This document shows positions 1 through 9,639 of a DNA stretch of 43,242 nucleotides, piece by piece. The position numbers and the translations under genes are program-made. The stretch spans positions 1-43,242 of the forward strand of contig JBFMCP010000028.1 in the NCBI GenBank assembly GCA_040754455.1. Reading direction: 5' to 3'. The notes under the pieces are model-generated. The model saw nothing but the letters and a program-made list of their open reading frames with translations, had not been told where the DNA came from and made no database searches. The number at the start of each line of letters is the position of its first letter. Position 1 is the first letter of the stretch. The stretch comes from Nitrospirota bacterium (GTDB taxonomy: Bacteria > Nitrospirota > Thermodesulfovibrionia > Thermodesulfovibrionales > Dissulfurispiraceae).

Positions 1-110
1 GCAAGCACTTTCGTGATTGCCGCCGTCAAGGTCGTCTTGCCGTGGTCCACATGCCCGATCGTACCTACATTCACATGCGGCTTTACTCTCTCAAATTTTG
101 CCTTGGCCAT
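1..110 (-). CDS. tuf: Elongation factor Tu, N-terminal part (runs off the window start)
   Basis: Reverse strand from ATG at 110 reads [36 protein letters not shown] (EF-Tu P-loop). AGGAGGAG RBS at 113-120. Preceded by the Thr-Tyr-Gly-Thr tRNA arrangement typical of tufB. Confidence 0.98.
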   Translation of the reverse strand, partial: MAKAKFERVKPHVNVGTIGHVDHGKTTLTAAITKVL

Positions 111-130
111 ATCTCCTCCTTACGTAAGAA

Positions 131-199
131 CTCAAAATTTAAAAATCAGAATGCAAAATTATGGATGCCGTAATTTTAATTTTGCTCATTTCACTTTTT
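131..199. repeat. Heptamer-repeat inverted hairpin element (TCAAAAT/ATTTTGC family)
   Basis: Left arm ctcaaaa-tttaaaa-atcagaa-tgcaaaa; right arm aatttta-attttgc-tcatttc-acttttt. Lies between tRNA-Thr and tuf. Confidence 0.7.
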
Positions 200-202
200 C
201 AG

Positions 203-275
203 AGCCCATGACCGGAATCGAACCGGTGACCTCTTCCTTACCAAGGAAGTGCTCTGCCGACTGAGCTACATGGGC
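203..275 (-). tRNA. tRNA-Thr(GGT), CCA not encoded
   Basis: Reverse complement GCCCATGTAGCTCAGTCGGCAGAGCACTTCCTTGGTAAGGAAGAGGTCACCGGTTCGATTCCGGTCATGGGCT forms a full cloverleaf. Confidence 0.97.
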
Positions 276-284
276 ACTCGCCAA

Positions 285-388
285 ACGCGCTGCAGCGTTT
301 ATCGCGTGCAGCGTTGAGCGTTTGCAGCGTTCATGGCGCTTTGAAATTCATCTCTCTCGATTGTTCGCTCTAACGCAGTACGCTGTAC
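285..388. repeat. Short-repeat inverted element (GCAGCGT/ACGCTG family)
   Basis: Reiterated gcagcgtt/gagcgtt/atcgcgt units on the left, cgctct/acgcag/acgctg units on the right. Same family as 1297-1379. Confidence 0.65.
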
Positions 389-397
389 AGTCTTAAA

Positions 398-469
398 AGC
401 GGGAAACGGGATTCGAACCCGCGACCCTCAGCTTGGAAGGCTGACGCTCTACCACTGAGCTACTCCCGC
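398..469 (-). tRNA. tRNA-Gly(TCC), CCA not encoded
   Basis: Anticodon arm TCAGC-CTTCCAA-GCTGA; T-loop GGTTCGAATCC; acceptor GCGGGAG/TTCCCGC. Confidence 0.97.
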
Positions 470-570
470 AGACGAACTACTATTATAAATAAAAAACAAG
501 TGTTTATGCCATACCTTTTTATGCCGGTCAATGGCACAACGCTCTTCTCAAACAAACCGCAGTTCTTGTA

Positions 571-655
<85 letters not shown>

Positions 656-663
656 TAATTTAA

Positions 664-757
664 AGTCAGAAGTTGGAAGTAGGAAGCAAAAAGGATGGGG
701 GGCATTCGCAATCTCTCCCCTTGCAGTACAACTTCTTACTTTTCACTTCTTACTTGC
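664..757. repeat. Heptamer-repeat inverted hairpin element (GTNAGAA/CTTCTTA family)
   Basis: Left gtcagaa-gttggaa-gtaggaa-gcaaaaa; right cttctta-cttttca-cttctta-cttgc. Confidence 0.8.
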
Positions 758-762
758 TCTCA

Positions 763-838
<76 letters not shown>

Positions 839-849
839 GATAACTAAAT

Positions 850-879
850 AATATAGGGAATTTATTATAAAATTGTCAA
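850..879 (-). promoter_or_regulatory. Sigma70-type promoter of the tRNA-tuf operon
   Basis: Reverse strand TTGACA-N18-TATATT ending 11 nt before tRNA-Thr(TGT). Confidence 0.6.
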
Positions 880-1016
880 CAATCTTTTTGCAACAGCGCA
901 CACCCCTTTTTATAGTTTACTAAACTCCGTCTTTATACGATAGGTACGCACCTTTCGGGAGAAGGTGGGCAAGCAAGTACCGTCACCATGGGAGACTGTT
1001 CGCAATTCAAAACAAA

Positions 1017-1046
1017 TTGACTTTTTCGACCTTTTCTCAGTATCCT
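1017..1046 (+). promoter_or_regulatory. Sigma70-type promoter of the Pro-Arg-His-Arg tRNA operon
   Basis: TTGACT-N18-TATCCT ending 9 nt before tRNA-Pro. Confidence 0.6.
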
Positions 1047-1055
1047 AAACAGTTA

Positions 1056-1134
<79 letters not shown>

Positions 1135-1138
1135 GTTT

Positions 1139-1206
1139 GTTCACTATTCATCGCTCATAGTTCATAGTAAAATATACAAATAGACAGTGAACGATGAACT
1201 ATGAAT
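1139..1206. repeat. Heptamer-repeat inverted hairpin element (GTTCATA/TATGAAC family)
   Basis: Left gttcact-attcatc-gctcata-gttcata; right acagtga-acgatga-actatga. Confidence 0.8.
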
Positions 1207-1212
1207 GGTAGT

Positions 1213-1286
<74 letters not shown>

Positions 1287-1296
1287 TCAGCAGATC

Positions 1297-1379
1297 GTGC
1301 AGCGCAGAGCGTTATAGCGTTTATCGCGTTATACTATAAAGTTTTTACGCGGCACCCTGAATACGCAGCGCTGTACGCG
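1297..1379. repeat. Short-repeat inverted element (GCAGCGT/ACGCTG family)
   Basis: cgtgcagcgcagagcgttatagcgtttatcgcgtt ... tacgcggc..tacgcagcgctgtacgcg. Shares agcgtttatcgcgt with 294-307. Confidence 0.65.
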
Positions 1380-1383
1380 TGAT

Positions 1384-1459
1384 GGTGGGCGTAGCTCAAT
1401 GGCAGAGCACTGGACTGTGGCTCCAGGTGTTGCGGGTTCGAGCCCCGTCGTCCACCCCA
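1384..1459 (+). tRNA. tRNA-His(GTG)
   Basis: G-1 present, CTGGA-CTGTGGC-TCCAG anticodon arm, C discriminator, CCA. Confidence 0.97.
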
Positions 1460-1464
1460 AGATT

Positions 1465-1536
1465 AAATCCGAAATTCTAAATAGGAAATCCGGATTCCTC
1501 AGTTGTTTAGAATTTAGGATTTGGTGCTTCGGATTT
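1465..1536. repeat. Heptamer-repeat inverted hairpin element (AAATCCG/CGGATTT family)
   Basis: Left aaatccg-aaattct-aaatagg-aaatccg; right gtttaga-atttagg-atttggt-gcttcgg-attt. Confidence 0.8.
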
Positions 1537-1547
1537 TCCATAAAAAT

Positions 1548-1621
1548 GCGCCTGTAGCTCAGTGGATCAGAGCATCAGCCTCCGGAGCTGAGGGTCGGAG
1601 GTTCGAATCCTCTCAGGCGCG
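1548..1621 (+). tRNA. tRNA-Arg(CCG), CCA not encoded
   Basis: TCAGC-CTCCGGA-GCTGA anticodon arm; GCGCCTG/CAGGCGC acceptor. Confidence 0.96.
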
Positions 1622-1631
1622 CTTTCTTTAT

Positions 1632-1729
1632 AAAACTCCAATATCCCAATCACAAATTCACAAAAACAAATTCCGATGCATCTGTACGCATCGGAATTTG
1701 TTTTTAATGGTGCTTGGGACCTGGAATTT
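1632..1729. repeat. Heptamer-repeat element enclosing a perfect 18-bp inverted repeat
   Basis: Left aactcca-atatccc-aatcaca-aattcac; right tggtgct-tgggacc-tggaatt. Confidence 0.65.
1662..1705. terminator. Probable bidirectional intrinsic terminator between the tRNA operon and convergent ribBA
   Basis: AAAAACAAATTCCGATGC-8 nt loop-GCATCGGAATTTGTTTTT, a perfect inverted repeat with T-tracts on both strands. Confidence 0.75.
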
Positions 1730-1732
1730 TCT

Positions 1733-2947
1733 TTATACGTTTTCCAGCATGTGCCCGAGTTTCTTCTTTTTAGTCTGCAGATAGACAATGTTCTTGTCGT
1801 GAGGAGATACCTCTACCGGCACCCTCTCCACAACCTTAAGTCCGTATCCTTCAAGACCGACGATCTTCTTGGGATTGTTCGTCAGGAGCTTCATCTTCCT
1901 CACGCCGAGATCGACGAGGATCTGTGCGCCGATACCGTAGTCCCGCAGGTCGGGCTTGAACCCGAGCTTTAAGTTTGCCTCCACGGTGTCGAGCCCCTTG
2001 TCCTGAAGCTCGTAGGCACGCAGCTTGTTGGCAAGACCGATTCCCCTGCCTTCCTGACGCATATAGAGAATAACGCCCTTGCCTTCCTGCTTCATTATTT
2101 CCATTGCCTTATGGAGTTGATCACCGCAATCGCACCGTTTCGAACCGAAGACATCGCCGGTCAGGCATTCGGAATGGACCCTGACCAGGACCTTGTCGTC
2201 AGGGGTGATGTCTCCCTTAACGAGGGCGATATGGATATTCGGATCGACGTCATTGGCATAGGCGATTGCAGTGAAATCGCCTCCGTACTTGGTAGGCATC
2301 TGCACAGTGGCGACCCTGCGTATGAACCGCTCGGTCCGCATTCGGTATTGAATAAGATCTTTTACCGTGATGATCTTCAATCCGTGCTTTTTCGAAAATT
2401 CCATCAACTGCGGCACCCGTGCCATGGTACCATCATCGTTCATGATCTCGCAGATAACCCCTGCGGCATACAATCCGGCGAGCCGTGCAAGGTCGACCGA
2501 TCCTTCGGTCTGTCCCGCCCGCTGCAGCACGCCTCCCGGCTTTGCTCTCAAAGGGAAGACATGGCCCGGACGCGCTATATCTTCGGCGCCTGATTTGGGG
2601 TCTATCGCCGTCAGGATCGTCGTTGCTCTGTCTTTTGCGGATATTCCCGTGGTAACGCCCTTTTTGGCCTCGATGGAGACGGTGAAGGCGGTACCGAAGG
2701 ACGAGGTGTTGTCGTCGGTCATCATGGGGAGCTTCAGTTCATCAACTCTTTGTGGGGTAAGCGACAAGCAGATAAGCCCCCTCCCATATTTCGCCATGAA
2801 ATTGATGGCCTCGGGAGTCACTTTCTCCGCAGCCATGCACAGATCACCTTCGTTCTCCCGGTCCTCATCATCCACAAGGATTACCATTTTGCCCTTGGCG
2901 ATATCTTCCAGGGCCTCTTCTATGGTATTGAATTTATGCTTCTCCAC
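1733..2947 (-). CDS. ribBA: Bifunctional DHBP synthase / GTP cyclohydrolase II
   Basis: [46 protein letters not shown] and LLTNNP motifs. GTG at 2947 with GGAGG RBS. Confidence 0.97.
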   Translation of the reverse strand: MEKHKFNTIEEALEDIAKGKMVILVDDEDRENEGDLCMAAEKVTPEAINFMAKYGRGLICLSLTPQRVDELKLPMMTDDNTSSFGTAFTVSIEAKKGVTTGISAKDRATTILTAIDPKSGAEDIARPGHVFPLRAKPGGVLQRAGQTEGSVDLARLAGLYAAGVICEIMNDDGTMARVPQLMEFSKKHGLKIITVKDLIQYRMRTERFIRRVATVQMPTKYGGDFTAIAYANDVDPNIHIALVKGDITPDDKVLVRVHSECLTGDVFGSKRCDCGDQLHKAMEIMKQEGKGVILYMRQEGRGIGLANKLRAYELQDKGLDTVEANLKLGFKPDLRDYGIGAQILVDLGVRKMKLLTNNPKKIVGLEGYGLKVVERVPVEVSPHDKNIVYLQTKKKKLGHMLENV

Positions 2948-3152
2948 GAACAACCTCCATAAGCGTTTATTGCGTTACAGAGCTACAGCATCCCTACTCT
3001 TACGGTATGCCATGTAATATAACGCGCTGTGTGTAATGCACTTTAAGTATAGCAAAATCAAACATTTTCTTTCCATTTGCAGTCCTTCTCAATGTGTTTA
3101 TCGTCCATGATTCTGATATAATACCCAAATTCTCGCACCCTGGAGGCGCACC

Positions 3153-5165
3153 GTGACGGAGCATGCTCTGTTCGGAAAGAGTCCCTTCAATCATCTGACT
3201 GGAGGAGCAAGAAAGCACCGCGCAGCCACTGTAATCGGCATGGTTATTACCGCATCTATGACCATCCTGATGCTCCTCAATCCCCCGCCTCTGGAGCTTC
3301 TCGAAGACAAGTTGCTTGATTATCGGTTCAGAATAAGGGGGACACTGCCCCATTCTGATAACGTCGTTATTGCCGCTATCGACGAAAAGAGCATCACAAA
3401 ACTGGGGAGATGGCCCTGGAGCCGGGACAAGATAGCCCTTCTTGTACAGCAGTTGAATAAGCTTGGCGCCGAGGTCATTGTCTTTGATGCCTTTTTCAGC
3501 GAGCGCGAGGAGAATGATCCACTCCTTGGCAAGGCTATCAATGATGCGGGGAATGTTCTTCTATCGATCGTTTTTGACTTCCATGCCGCATCTCCTGCAT
3601 CTGAAAACGAGTATTTGCTCGCCGCAGCGTTCCCGTCGATCGACAACCCGGAAAAATTCAAACTGTATGCTCCGATTTCCTTGACCAATGTCCTCCTCCC
3701 TACGCCAGACCTCATTAAAGAGGCGATGCTGCTCGGCCATATCAATATGTTCCCTGACCGCGACGGCACAGTGCGATGGGAGACCTTGGTGATAGAGCAC
3801 AACGGGTATCTCTACCCCTCCATTACCCTGCAAGCTGCAGCCGCTTACCTTGGAGTTCCACGCGAGAAGATCACCCTCAAAGCGACTGAGGGGGTCCAGC
3901 TCGGGAAGCGATTCATACCGACAGATGTCTGGGGCAGGATGCTGATCAACTTCTATGGTCCGTGGAACACCTTCAGACACATCCCCATTGCGGATATTAT
4001 AGAAGGCTCGGCTAACCCAGAGCTTTTACGCGGCAAAGTGGTGCTGATAGGGGCAACGGCGGTCGGCATTTATGATCTGCGGATAACTCCCTTCTCTGCT
4101 GCAATGCCGGGGGTCGAAAAGCATGCAAGCGTCATCACCTCGATCATTGAAAACAAGTTCCTCCAGCGTGTCCCCCGATCCGCGGACATGATCATCCTGC
4201 TGATAACGGGAACCATGCTGTCGCTCCTTCTTCCCCGCTACAGGGCAGCCGGCGCTTCAGGCATCACCCTGCTCTTTCTGATCCTCACGCTCGGCACCAA
4301 CTATTACCTCTTCGCACAAAGGGGGTTCTGGGCGAACATCGGTTATCCCTCACTCACTATCGTGCTCATATTCATTGTCGTTATGGCCTACAGCTATGCG
4401 GTTGAGGAAAAGAACGCCAGCAGGATCAGGGCAATGTTTTCCAGCTATGTTACCGAGCGGGTAGTGAACGAGCTCATCAAGAACCCCGATATGGCGAAGC
4501 TCGGCGGCGAGCGGAGGGAAGTGACCGTCATCTTTTCCGACGTGCGGGGATTCACCAGCTTTTCCGAGAAGCATTCACCCGAAGAAGTCGTTGCAATCCT
4601 CAATGAGTACCTCAGCGCCATGACCGATATCGTGTTCAAGTGGGAAGGCACGCTTGACAAATTCATCGGCGACGCCATCCTCGCCTTCTGGGGAGCTCCC
4701 ATGAAGCAGGAGAATCACGCGGAGCTCGCAGTGCGGTGCGCCTTGCATATGGTCAAAAGGCTCGAAGAGCTCCAGCAGAAATGGCAGGCTGAGGGCAAAC
4801 CCGTTCTCGACTGCGGCATCGGCATCAACAGCGGCGTGGTAATTGTCGGTAACATCGGTGCCGAAGGGAAGAAGATGGACTACACGGTCATCGGTGATCA
4901 TGTCAATCTCGGCTCAAGGGTTGAAGCCCTCACCAGAAAGTACAGCACCCGTATTCTGATCACCGGATTTACGCTGGAAAAAATCAGAAACCTCATCGAA
5001 TCACGCAAAATCGCCAACATCTCGGTAAAAGGTCTTGAAAGGGTCGTGGTGAAAGGCAAGGAAAGTCCTGTTGAAATCTACGAGTTAGCCTCACTGTGGC
5101 ATGGAGAAGAGTCGATCATTACACAGTGCGACACAGCATGCGTAGTCGAGCACAGAGAGAAATAG
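3153..5165 (+). CDS. CHASE2-domain membrane adenylate cyclase (class III)
   Basis: IDEKS..LGRWPW CHASE2, three TM helices, FSDVRGFT, DKFIGDA and DYTVIGDHVNLGSR (K/D ATP-specifying residues). GGAGG RBS. Confidence 0.93.
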   Translation: MTEHALFGKSPFNHLTGGARKHRAATVIGMVITASMTILMLLNPPPLELLEDKLLDYRFRIRGTLPHSDNVVIAAIDEKSITKLGRWPWSRDKIALLVQQLNKLGAEVIVFDAFFSEREENDPLLGKAINDAGNVLLSIVFDFHAASPASENEYLLAAAFPSIDNPEKFKLYAPISLTNVLLPTPDLIKEAMLLGHINMFPDRDGTVRWETLVIEHNGYLYPSITLQAAAAYLGVPREKITLKATEGVQLGKRFIPTDVWGRMLINFYGPWNTFRHIPIADIIEGSANPELLRGKVVLIGATAVGIYDLRITPFSAAMPGVEKHASVITSIIENKFLQRVPRSADMIILLITGTMLSLLLPRYRAAGASGITLLFLILTLGTNYYLFAQRGFWANIGYPSLTIVLIFIVVMAYSYAVEEKNASRIRAMFSSYVTERVVNELIKNPDMAKLGGERREVTVIFSDVRGFTSFSEKHSPEEVVAILNEYLSAMTDIVFKWEGTLDKFIGDAILAFWGAPMKQENHAELAVRCALHMVKRLEELQQKWQAEGKPVLDCGIGINSGVVIVGNIGAEGKKMDYTVIGDHVNLGSRVEALTRKYSTRILITGFTLEKIRNLIESRKIANISVKGLERVVVKGKESPVEIYELASLWHGEESIITQCDTACVVEHREK

Positions 5166-5232
5166 CTCTTGTGCAGAGGCCCGGCGTACGTCACTTATTG
5201 TAATGGAGCAAATAACGATGTTATCCCCCGGC

Positions 5233-5250
5233 CTGCCGGACTTCCGGCAG
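5233..5250. terminator. GC-rich hairpin between the cyclase 3' end and a convergent small ORF
   Basis: CTGCCGG-ACTT-CCGGCAG perfect stem; no strong U-tract. Confidence 0.35.
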
Positions 5251-5253
5251 CGT

Positions 5254-5340
5254 TCAACTGAACAGCCGCCCCCAGACCGTCACGAGAACAACAATCAAAA
5301 GCACAACAACGACGTAACTGAACAGAGCCTGCTTTATCAC
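5254..5340 (-). CDS. Candidate 28-aa single-pass membrane peptide (MIKQALFSYVVVVLLIVVLVTVWGRLFS)
   Basis: GTG start with AGGAGG 4 nt upstream, an uninterrupted hydrophobic helix, and a hairpin right after the stop. Confidence 0.4.
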   Translation of the reverse strand: MIKQALFSYVVVVLLIVVLVTVWGRLFS

Positions 5341-5578
5341 TACGCCTCCTGTGGTACCTGCATCAATATCTGTGGTATAGTTATCGACCTTATTCGGATT
5401 TTCTGCACTCCGATCGAAAGGCGAAAAAGACCTCATTGAAACCATTAAGAATGTGCTACAATTTATCCCAATAGGACTTTTACCCGAAGATAAATACCCG
5501 ATCCCAAGATAAGCACAACGCACGACTGAATGCTGAGCTGCACAGTGGTCACGATATACATACGAGAGGCAGAAAGAC

Positions 5579-6346
5579 ATGCGGATTAAGGTTCTCGGCT
5601 GTTCAGGAGCCGAGTTCCCGAGGCACAATCCTCCCGGGTTCCTGCTGGACGGCATAATTCTCTTCGATGCGGGAAGTCTGACCAATGTCCTGGACAGCCG
5701 CGCACAGTCCAGGATCAAACACATATTTATTACCCACGCCCATCTCGATCACATCAGGGACATCCCGTTTCTCGCAGATAACATCATTGTCGAGAAGAGG
5801 AAGCAGCGTGTCAACATCCTCAGCATCCCGCCGGTACTGAGGACCATCAAAAAGCATCTGCTCAATGATTCGCTCTGGCCCGACTTCACCATTATCCCTG
5901 GCTACGAGAACGCCGTATTGAAATACTATGAATTGAAAGAGGGGCAACACATAAAGGTAAACTCTTACTCCATTACTCCCTACAGGGTACACCATTCGGT
6001 CCCCGCGGCAGGCTACCTGGTCGAAGACAGCAGTCGCCGGCGCTTCTTTTACACCGGGGACACAGGGCCTACCGATGCGACATGGAAAAAGATAGGGGAT
6101 AAAAAGCTCCATTGCCTCATCATCGAAGCATCATTCCCCGATAGATTAAGCAAGCTGGCGAGGATGACCGGACACCTAACTCCCCGGCTGCTCAGAGAGG
6201 AACTCCTGAAAATGGAGCAGATGCCTGAAAATATCTACATTACCCATCCCAAGCCCCAGCATTTAAAAACAATCAAGGCGGAACTTGACAGGCTCAGGAT
6301 CAGCAATCTCAGATTATTGAAAGAGGGAGAAACAATCAGGATATAA
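5579..6346 (+). CDS. Class II 3',5'-cyclic-nucleotide phosphodiesterase (metallo-beta-lactamase fold)
   Basis: VLGCSG, THAHLDH, YTGDT, IEASFP, GHLTP and THPKP motifs; adjacent to the cyclase. Confidence 0.88.
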   Translation: MRIKVLGCSGAEFPRHNPPGFLLDGIILFDAGSLTNVLDSRAQSRIKHIFITHAHLDHIRDIPFLADNIIVEKRKQRVNILSIPPVLRTIKKHLLNDSLWPDFTIIPGYENAVLKYYELKEGQHIKVNSYSITPYRVHHSVPAAGYLVEDSSRRRFFYTGDTGPTDATWKKIGDKKLHCLIIEASFPDRLSKLARMTGHLTPRLLREELLKMEQMPENIYITHPKPQHLKTIKAELDRLRISNLRLLKEGETIRI

Positions 6347-6980
6347 AACCTGATTGCTTCAGCGCTGAAAGCAGCGAGGAATCCTTATCCTTGTCGATCT
6401 GCAGAAACTTCGCTACATATTTGGCGAGGATATCGGGCTCGAGATTTACCGTATCGCCCGTTGTTTTGATGCCGATGGTCGTCATCGATGCGGTATGGGG
6501 AATGATCACGATGCTGAAGGCGTCCTTCAGGACATCAACCACTGTCAGGCTGATACCGTCCACTGCCACGGAACCTTTTCCTACGAGGTACTTCAGTACG
6601 CTCTCCGGAGATTCTATCTCGATTCTCATGGCATTGCCCAAAGGTGCCTTTGAACGTATCTTTCCTATGCCATCCACATGGCCGGTAACGAAATGGCCTC
6701 CCAGTTTTGAAGTGGGCCTCAGTGACGGTTCGAGGTTCACCTTATCCCCCCGCTTGAGACTGCCGAGGTTGGTGCTTTTGAGCGTTTCATAGGAAACATC
6801 GAAGGAAAGCGCCTCTTTATCGACAGCGACGACGGTAAGGCACACACCGTTGATAGCGATGCTGTCCCCGAGAGCAGCATCCTTTACCACCTCGCTGCCC
6901 CGGACAGAAAGGCGTGCGCTCTCGTTTCTCCTGTCGAGGGAGATCACCTCACCGAGCTCTATGATCAATCCGGTAAACAT
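6336..6980 (-). CDS. ribE: Riboflavin synthase (alpha chain)
   Basis: MFTGLI N-terminus, SIAINGVCLTV, GGHFVTGHVD, KGSVAVDGISLTV. Confidence 0.97.
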   Translation of the reverse strand: MFTGLIIELGEVISLDRRNESARLSVRGSEVVKDAALGDSIAINGVCLTVVAVDKEALSFDVSYETLKSTNLGSLKRGDKVNLEPSLRPTSKLGGHFVTGHVDGIGKIRSKAPLGNAMRIEIESPESVLKYLVGKGSVAVDGISLTVVDVLKDAFSIVIIPHTASMTTIGIKTTGDTVNLEPDILAKYVAKFLQIDKDKDSSLLSALKQSGFIS

Positions 6981-6982
6981 AA

Positions 6983-7055
6983 ACGTGTTGTGCGTTTATA
7001 GTGTTATAGTGTAAATTAAAGCGGTGTATTCTTTATGTCGTTTGCGCGACAAACG
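6983..7055. repeat. Degenerate short-repeat element between lepB and ribE
   Basis: gcgtttatagtgttatagtgt resembles the gcgttatagcgtttatcgcgt family; arms pair only weakly. Confidence 0.4.
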
Positions 7056-7661
7056 CTAATGAATCAGGTTCCCTATCCTTCCGAAACGGGGGAAGCTCTT
7101 TATCTTATCCCATGACCAGTAAATAATAAAGGCCTTGCCCCTGACGAGCTTCATGTCCACATACCCCCAATACCTGCTGTCATAGCTCTGGTCCCTGTTG
7201 TCGCCCATGACGAAGAGCTTGTCCTTGGGGACCAGGTAGGGGCCGAAATTGTCCCGCGGCTCCATGCCACCCGCACGTATAGCAAAGTCAGTAAACTGTA
7301 TATAGGGCTCATTGATACGTCGCCCATTAACATAGACCACCTTATTCCTTCCCTCGACGATATCGCCTTCAGTGCCGATAACCCGTTTTATGAAATCCTT
7401 ATTGGGGTCCTCAGGATATTTGAACACCACAATATCACCCCTTTTGGGCTTAGTGATAACCAGGACCCTCTTATCATTAAAGGGAAGCTTTGTTCCGTAG
7501 ATGAATTTATTCACCAGGATATGATCTCCTATGAGCAACGTGGGGATCATGGAACCGGAGGGTATCTTGAACGCCTGGATGACATAGGCCCTGATGACCA
7601 GGGCGAGGACCAGCGCGGTGCCGATCGCCTTTGTATATTCCCAAACCTTGTTCTCTTTCAT
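7056..7661 (-). CDS. lepB: Signal peptidase I
   Basis: IPSGSMIPTL (catalytic Ser), FIKRVIG (catalytic Lys), MGDNRDQSYDSRYWG. Confidence 0.97.
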   Translation of the reverse strand: MKENKVWEYTKAIGTALVLALVIRAYVIQAFKIPSGSMIPTLLIGDHILVNKFIYGTKLPFNDKRVLVITKPKRGDIVVFKYPEDPNKDFIKRVIGTEGDIVEGRNKVVYVNGRRINEPYIQFTDFAIRAGGMEPRDNFGPYLVPKDKLFVMGDNRDQSYDSRYWGYVDMKLVRGKAFIIYWSWDKIKSFPRFGRIGNLIH

Positions 7662-7692
7662 TATCGTTTATTTCTCCTCGCACAATCCATCG

Positions 7693-7783
7693 TTCAGAAC
7701 TCAGGAGCCAGGAGTCAGAACCCAGAAGAAGGATACGTTTTATATCTTTTATTCTGACTTCTGTATTCTGGCTTCTGGATTCT
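7693..7783. repeat. Heptamer-repeat inverted hairpin element (TCAGAAN/TTCTGAC family)
   Basis: Left tcagaac-tcaggag-ccaggag-tcagaac-ccagaag; right attctga-cttctgt-attctgg-cttctgg-attct. Sits inside the lepA-lepB operon spacer. Confidence 0.85.
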
Positions 7784-7788
7784 TTCTA

Positions 7789-9579
7789 TTATTCCTGCAC
7801 CTTCAGGACCGACAGGAATGCTTCCTGGGGGATCTCGACCCTGCCGATCTGCTTCATCTTCTTCTTCCCCTCTTTCTGCTTTTCGAGCAGCTTTCTCTTG
7901 CGGGTAATATCACCGCCGTAGCACTTCGCGAGCACATTTTTCCGCATCGCCTTCACGCTCTCACGGGCGATGATCTTTCCGCCGATCGCGGCCTGTATGG
8001 CGATCTCGAAGAGCTGCCTCGGGATGACCTCCCTCAGTTTCTCGACAATCTGCCTTCCTTTATAAGAGGCTTTCTCGCTGTGGACGATCAATGAGAGCGC
8101 GTCCACGGGGTCGCCGTTGATCAGCACATCGAGCTTGACCAGCTTGGATTCCTGGTAGCCGATGAATTCGTAATCCATCGATGCATAGCCCCTCGAGACC
8201 GACTTGAGCCGGTCGTAGAAATCCCACAGTATCTCGTTCAGTGGGATATTGTAGGTGACCATAATCCTATCTTTGCTGATAAAGGAGAAATCCTTTTGAA
8301 TGCCGCGCTTGTCCTGGCAGAGTTCGAGGATCTGGCCGACATACGTCTGAGGGACAAAGACCGTCACTTTGACGTAAGGCTCTTCTATCCGTTCGAATCT
8401 ATCAGGGAGGCTGCTCGGATTGTCGATATATACCACGCTGCCGTCCTGCTTTGTCACCCGATAGATAACCGTGGGGGCGGTCGTGATAAGAGAGAGCTGA
8501 AATTCCCGCTCCAGACGCTCCTTGATGATCTCCATATGCAGGAGCCCCAGAAAGCCGCACCTGAAGCCGAAACCTAGAGCGGAAGAGCTCTCCGGCTCGA
8601 AGCTGAAGGATGCGTCGTTCAGCCGGAGCTTTTCGAGAGCGGTCTTCAGGTCCTCATACTGGTGGGTCTCTACCGGGTAGAGGCCGGAAAAGACCATCGG
8701 CTTAATCTCCTTGTACCCGGCGAGTGGTTTGTCGGCAGGACGACTCGCATCGGTGATGGTATCGCCTATTTTCGTGTCACCCACATTTTTGATGCTCGCA
8801 ATCACATAGCCGACCTCGCCTGCGGAAAGCTGCTGCGCTTCCGTCATTTTAGGCGTAAAGACCCCCACCTTCAAGACTTCATATTCTTTTTCCGCTGCCA
8901 TCAGCCTGATCCTCATGCCGGGACGGACGGTGCCGTCAAAGATCCTGACCAGCACGATAACGCCCTGATAGTTATCGAACCAGGAATCGAAGATCAGCGC
9001 CTTCAGCGATGCAGTATCATTCCCCTTCGGCGGCGGTATTTTTTTGACGATCGCTTCCAGGATTTCCCTGGTGCCGATGCCCTCTTTTGCACTCGCAAGA
9101 ATCGCTTCGGAGCAATCAATGCCGATCGCCTCTTCGACCTGCTCCTTGACCCTCTCCGGCTCTGCGCCGGGCAGGTCTATCTTGTTGATGACCGGGATGA
9201 TCTCATGGTTGTGCTCGATGGCGAGATAGGTGTTGGCGAGGGTCTGCGCCTCCACGCCCTGCGTCGCATCAACGACCAAAAGACTCCCCTCACATGAAGC
9301 AAGGCTCCGTGACACCTCATAAGAGAAATCGACATGGCCGGGCGTATCGATGAGGTTAAGGATATAGGGAGTGCCGTCGTCTGCGGTATAGGTGAGACGG
9401 ACCGCGTGGGCCTTGATCGTGATACCCCGCTCTCTTTCAAGATCCATGGAGTCGAGAACCTGTGCCGTCATCTCCCGGGAGCTCAGGGCCCCGGTATATT
9501 CGAGGAGCCGGTCGGCAAGCGTCGATTTTCCGTGGTCGATATGGGCGATTATCGAGAAGTTTCTGATGTTCTTTGTCAT
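7789..9579 (-). CDS. lepA: Translation elongation factor 4 (LepA)
   Basis: [52 protein letters not shown]. Confidence 0.99.
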   Translation of the reverse strand: MTKNIRNFSIIAHIDHGKSTLADRLLEYTGALSSREMTAQVLDSMDLERERGITIKAHAVRLTYTADDGTPYILNLIDTPGHVDFSYEVSRSLASCEGSLLVVDATQGVEAQTLANTYLAIEHNHEIIPVINKIDLPGAEPERVKEQVEEAIGIDCSEAILASAKEGIGTREILEAIVKKIPPPKGNDTASLKALIFDSWFDNYQGVIVLVRIFDGTVRPGMRIRLMAAEKEYEVLKVGVFTPKMTEAQQLSAGEVGYVIASIKNVGDTKIGDTITDASRPADKPLAGYKEIKPMVFSGLYPVETHQYEDLKTALEKLRLNDASFSFEPESSSALGFGFRCGFLGLLHMEIIKERLEREFQLSLITTAPTVIYRVTKQDGSVVYIDNPSSLPDRFERIEEPYVKVTVFVPQTYVGQILELCQDKRGIQKDFSFISKDRIMVTYNIPLNEILWDFYDRLKSVSRGYASMDYEFIGYQESKLVKLDVLINGDPVDALSLIVHSEKASYKGRQIVEKLREVIPRQLFEIAIQAAIGGKIIARESVKAMRKNVLAKCYGGDITRKRKLLEKQKEGKKKMKQIGRVEIPQEAFLSVLKVQE

Positions 9580-9639
9580 ACTCTTGTGTTCATCATGGTG
9601 TTCCGGAGATTATACACTATGGCCAACGATGATGAACAA

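Noticed and set aside
5400..5578. Cyclic-dinucleotide riboswitch or CRP site upstream of the phosphodiesterase
   Set aside because: No GEMM-type conserved motifs and no TGTGA-N6-TCACA match found by eye.
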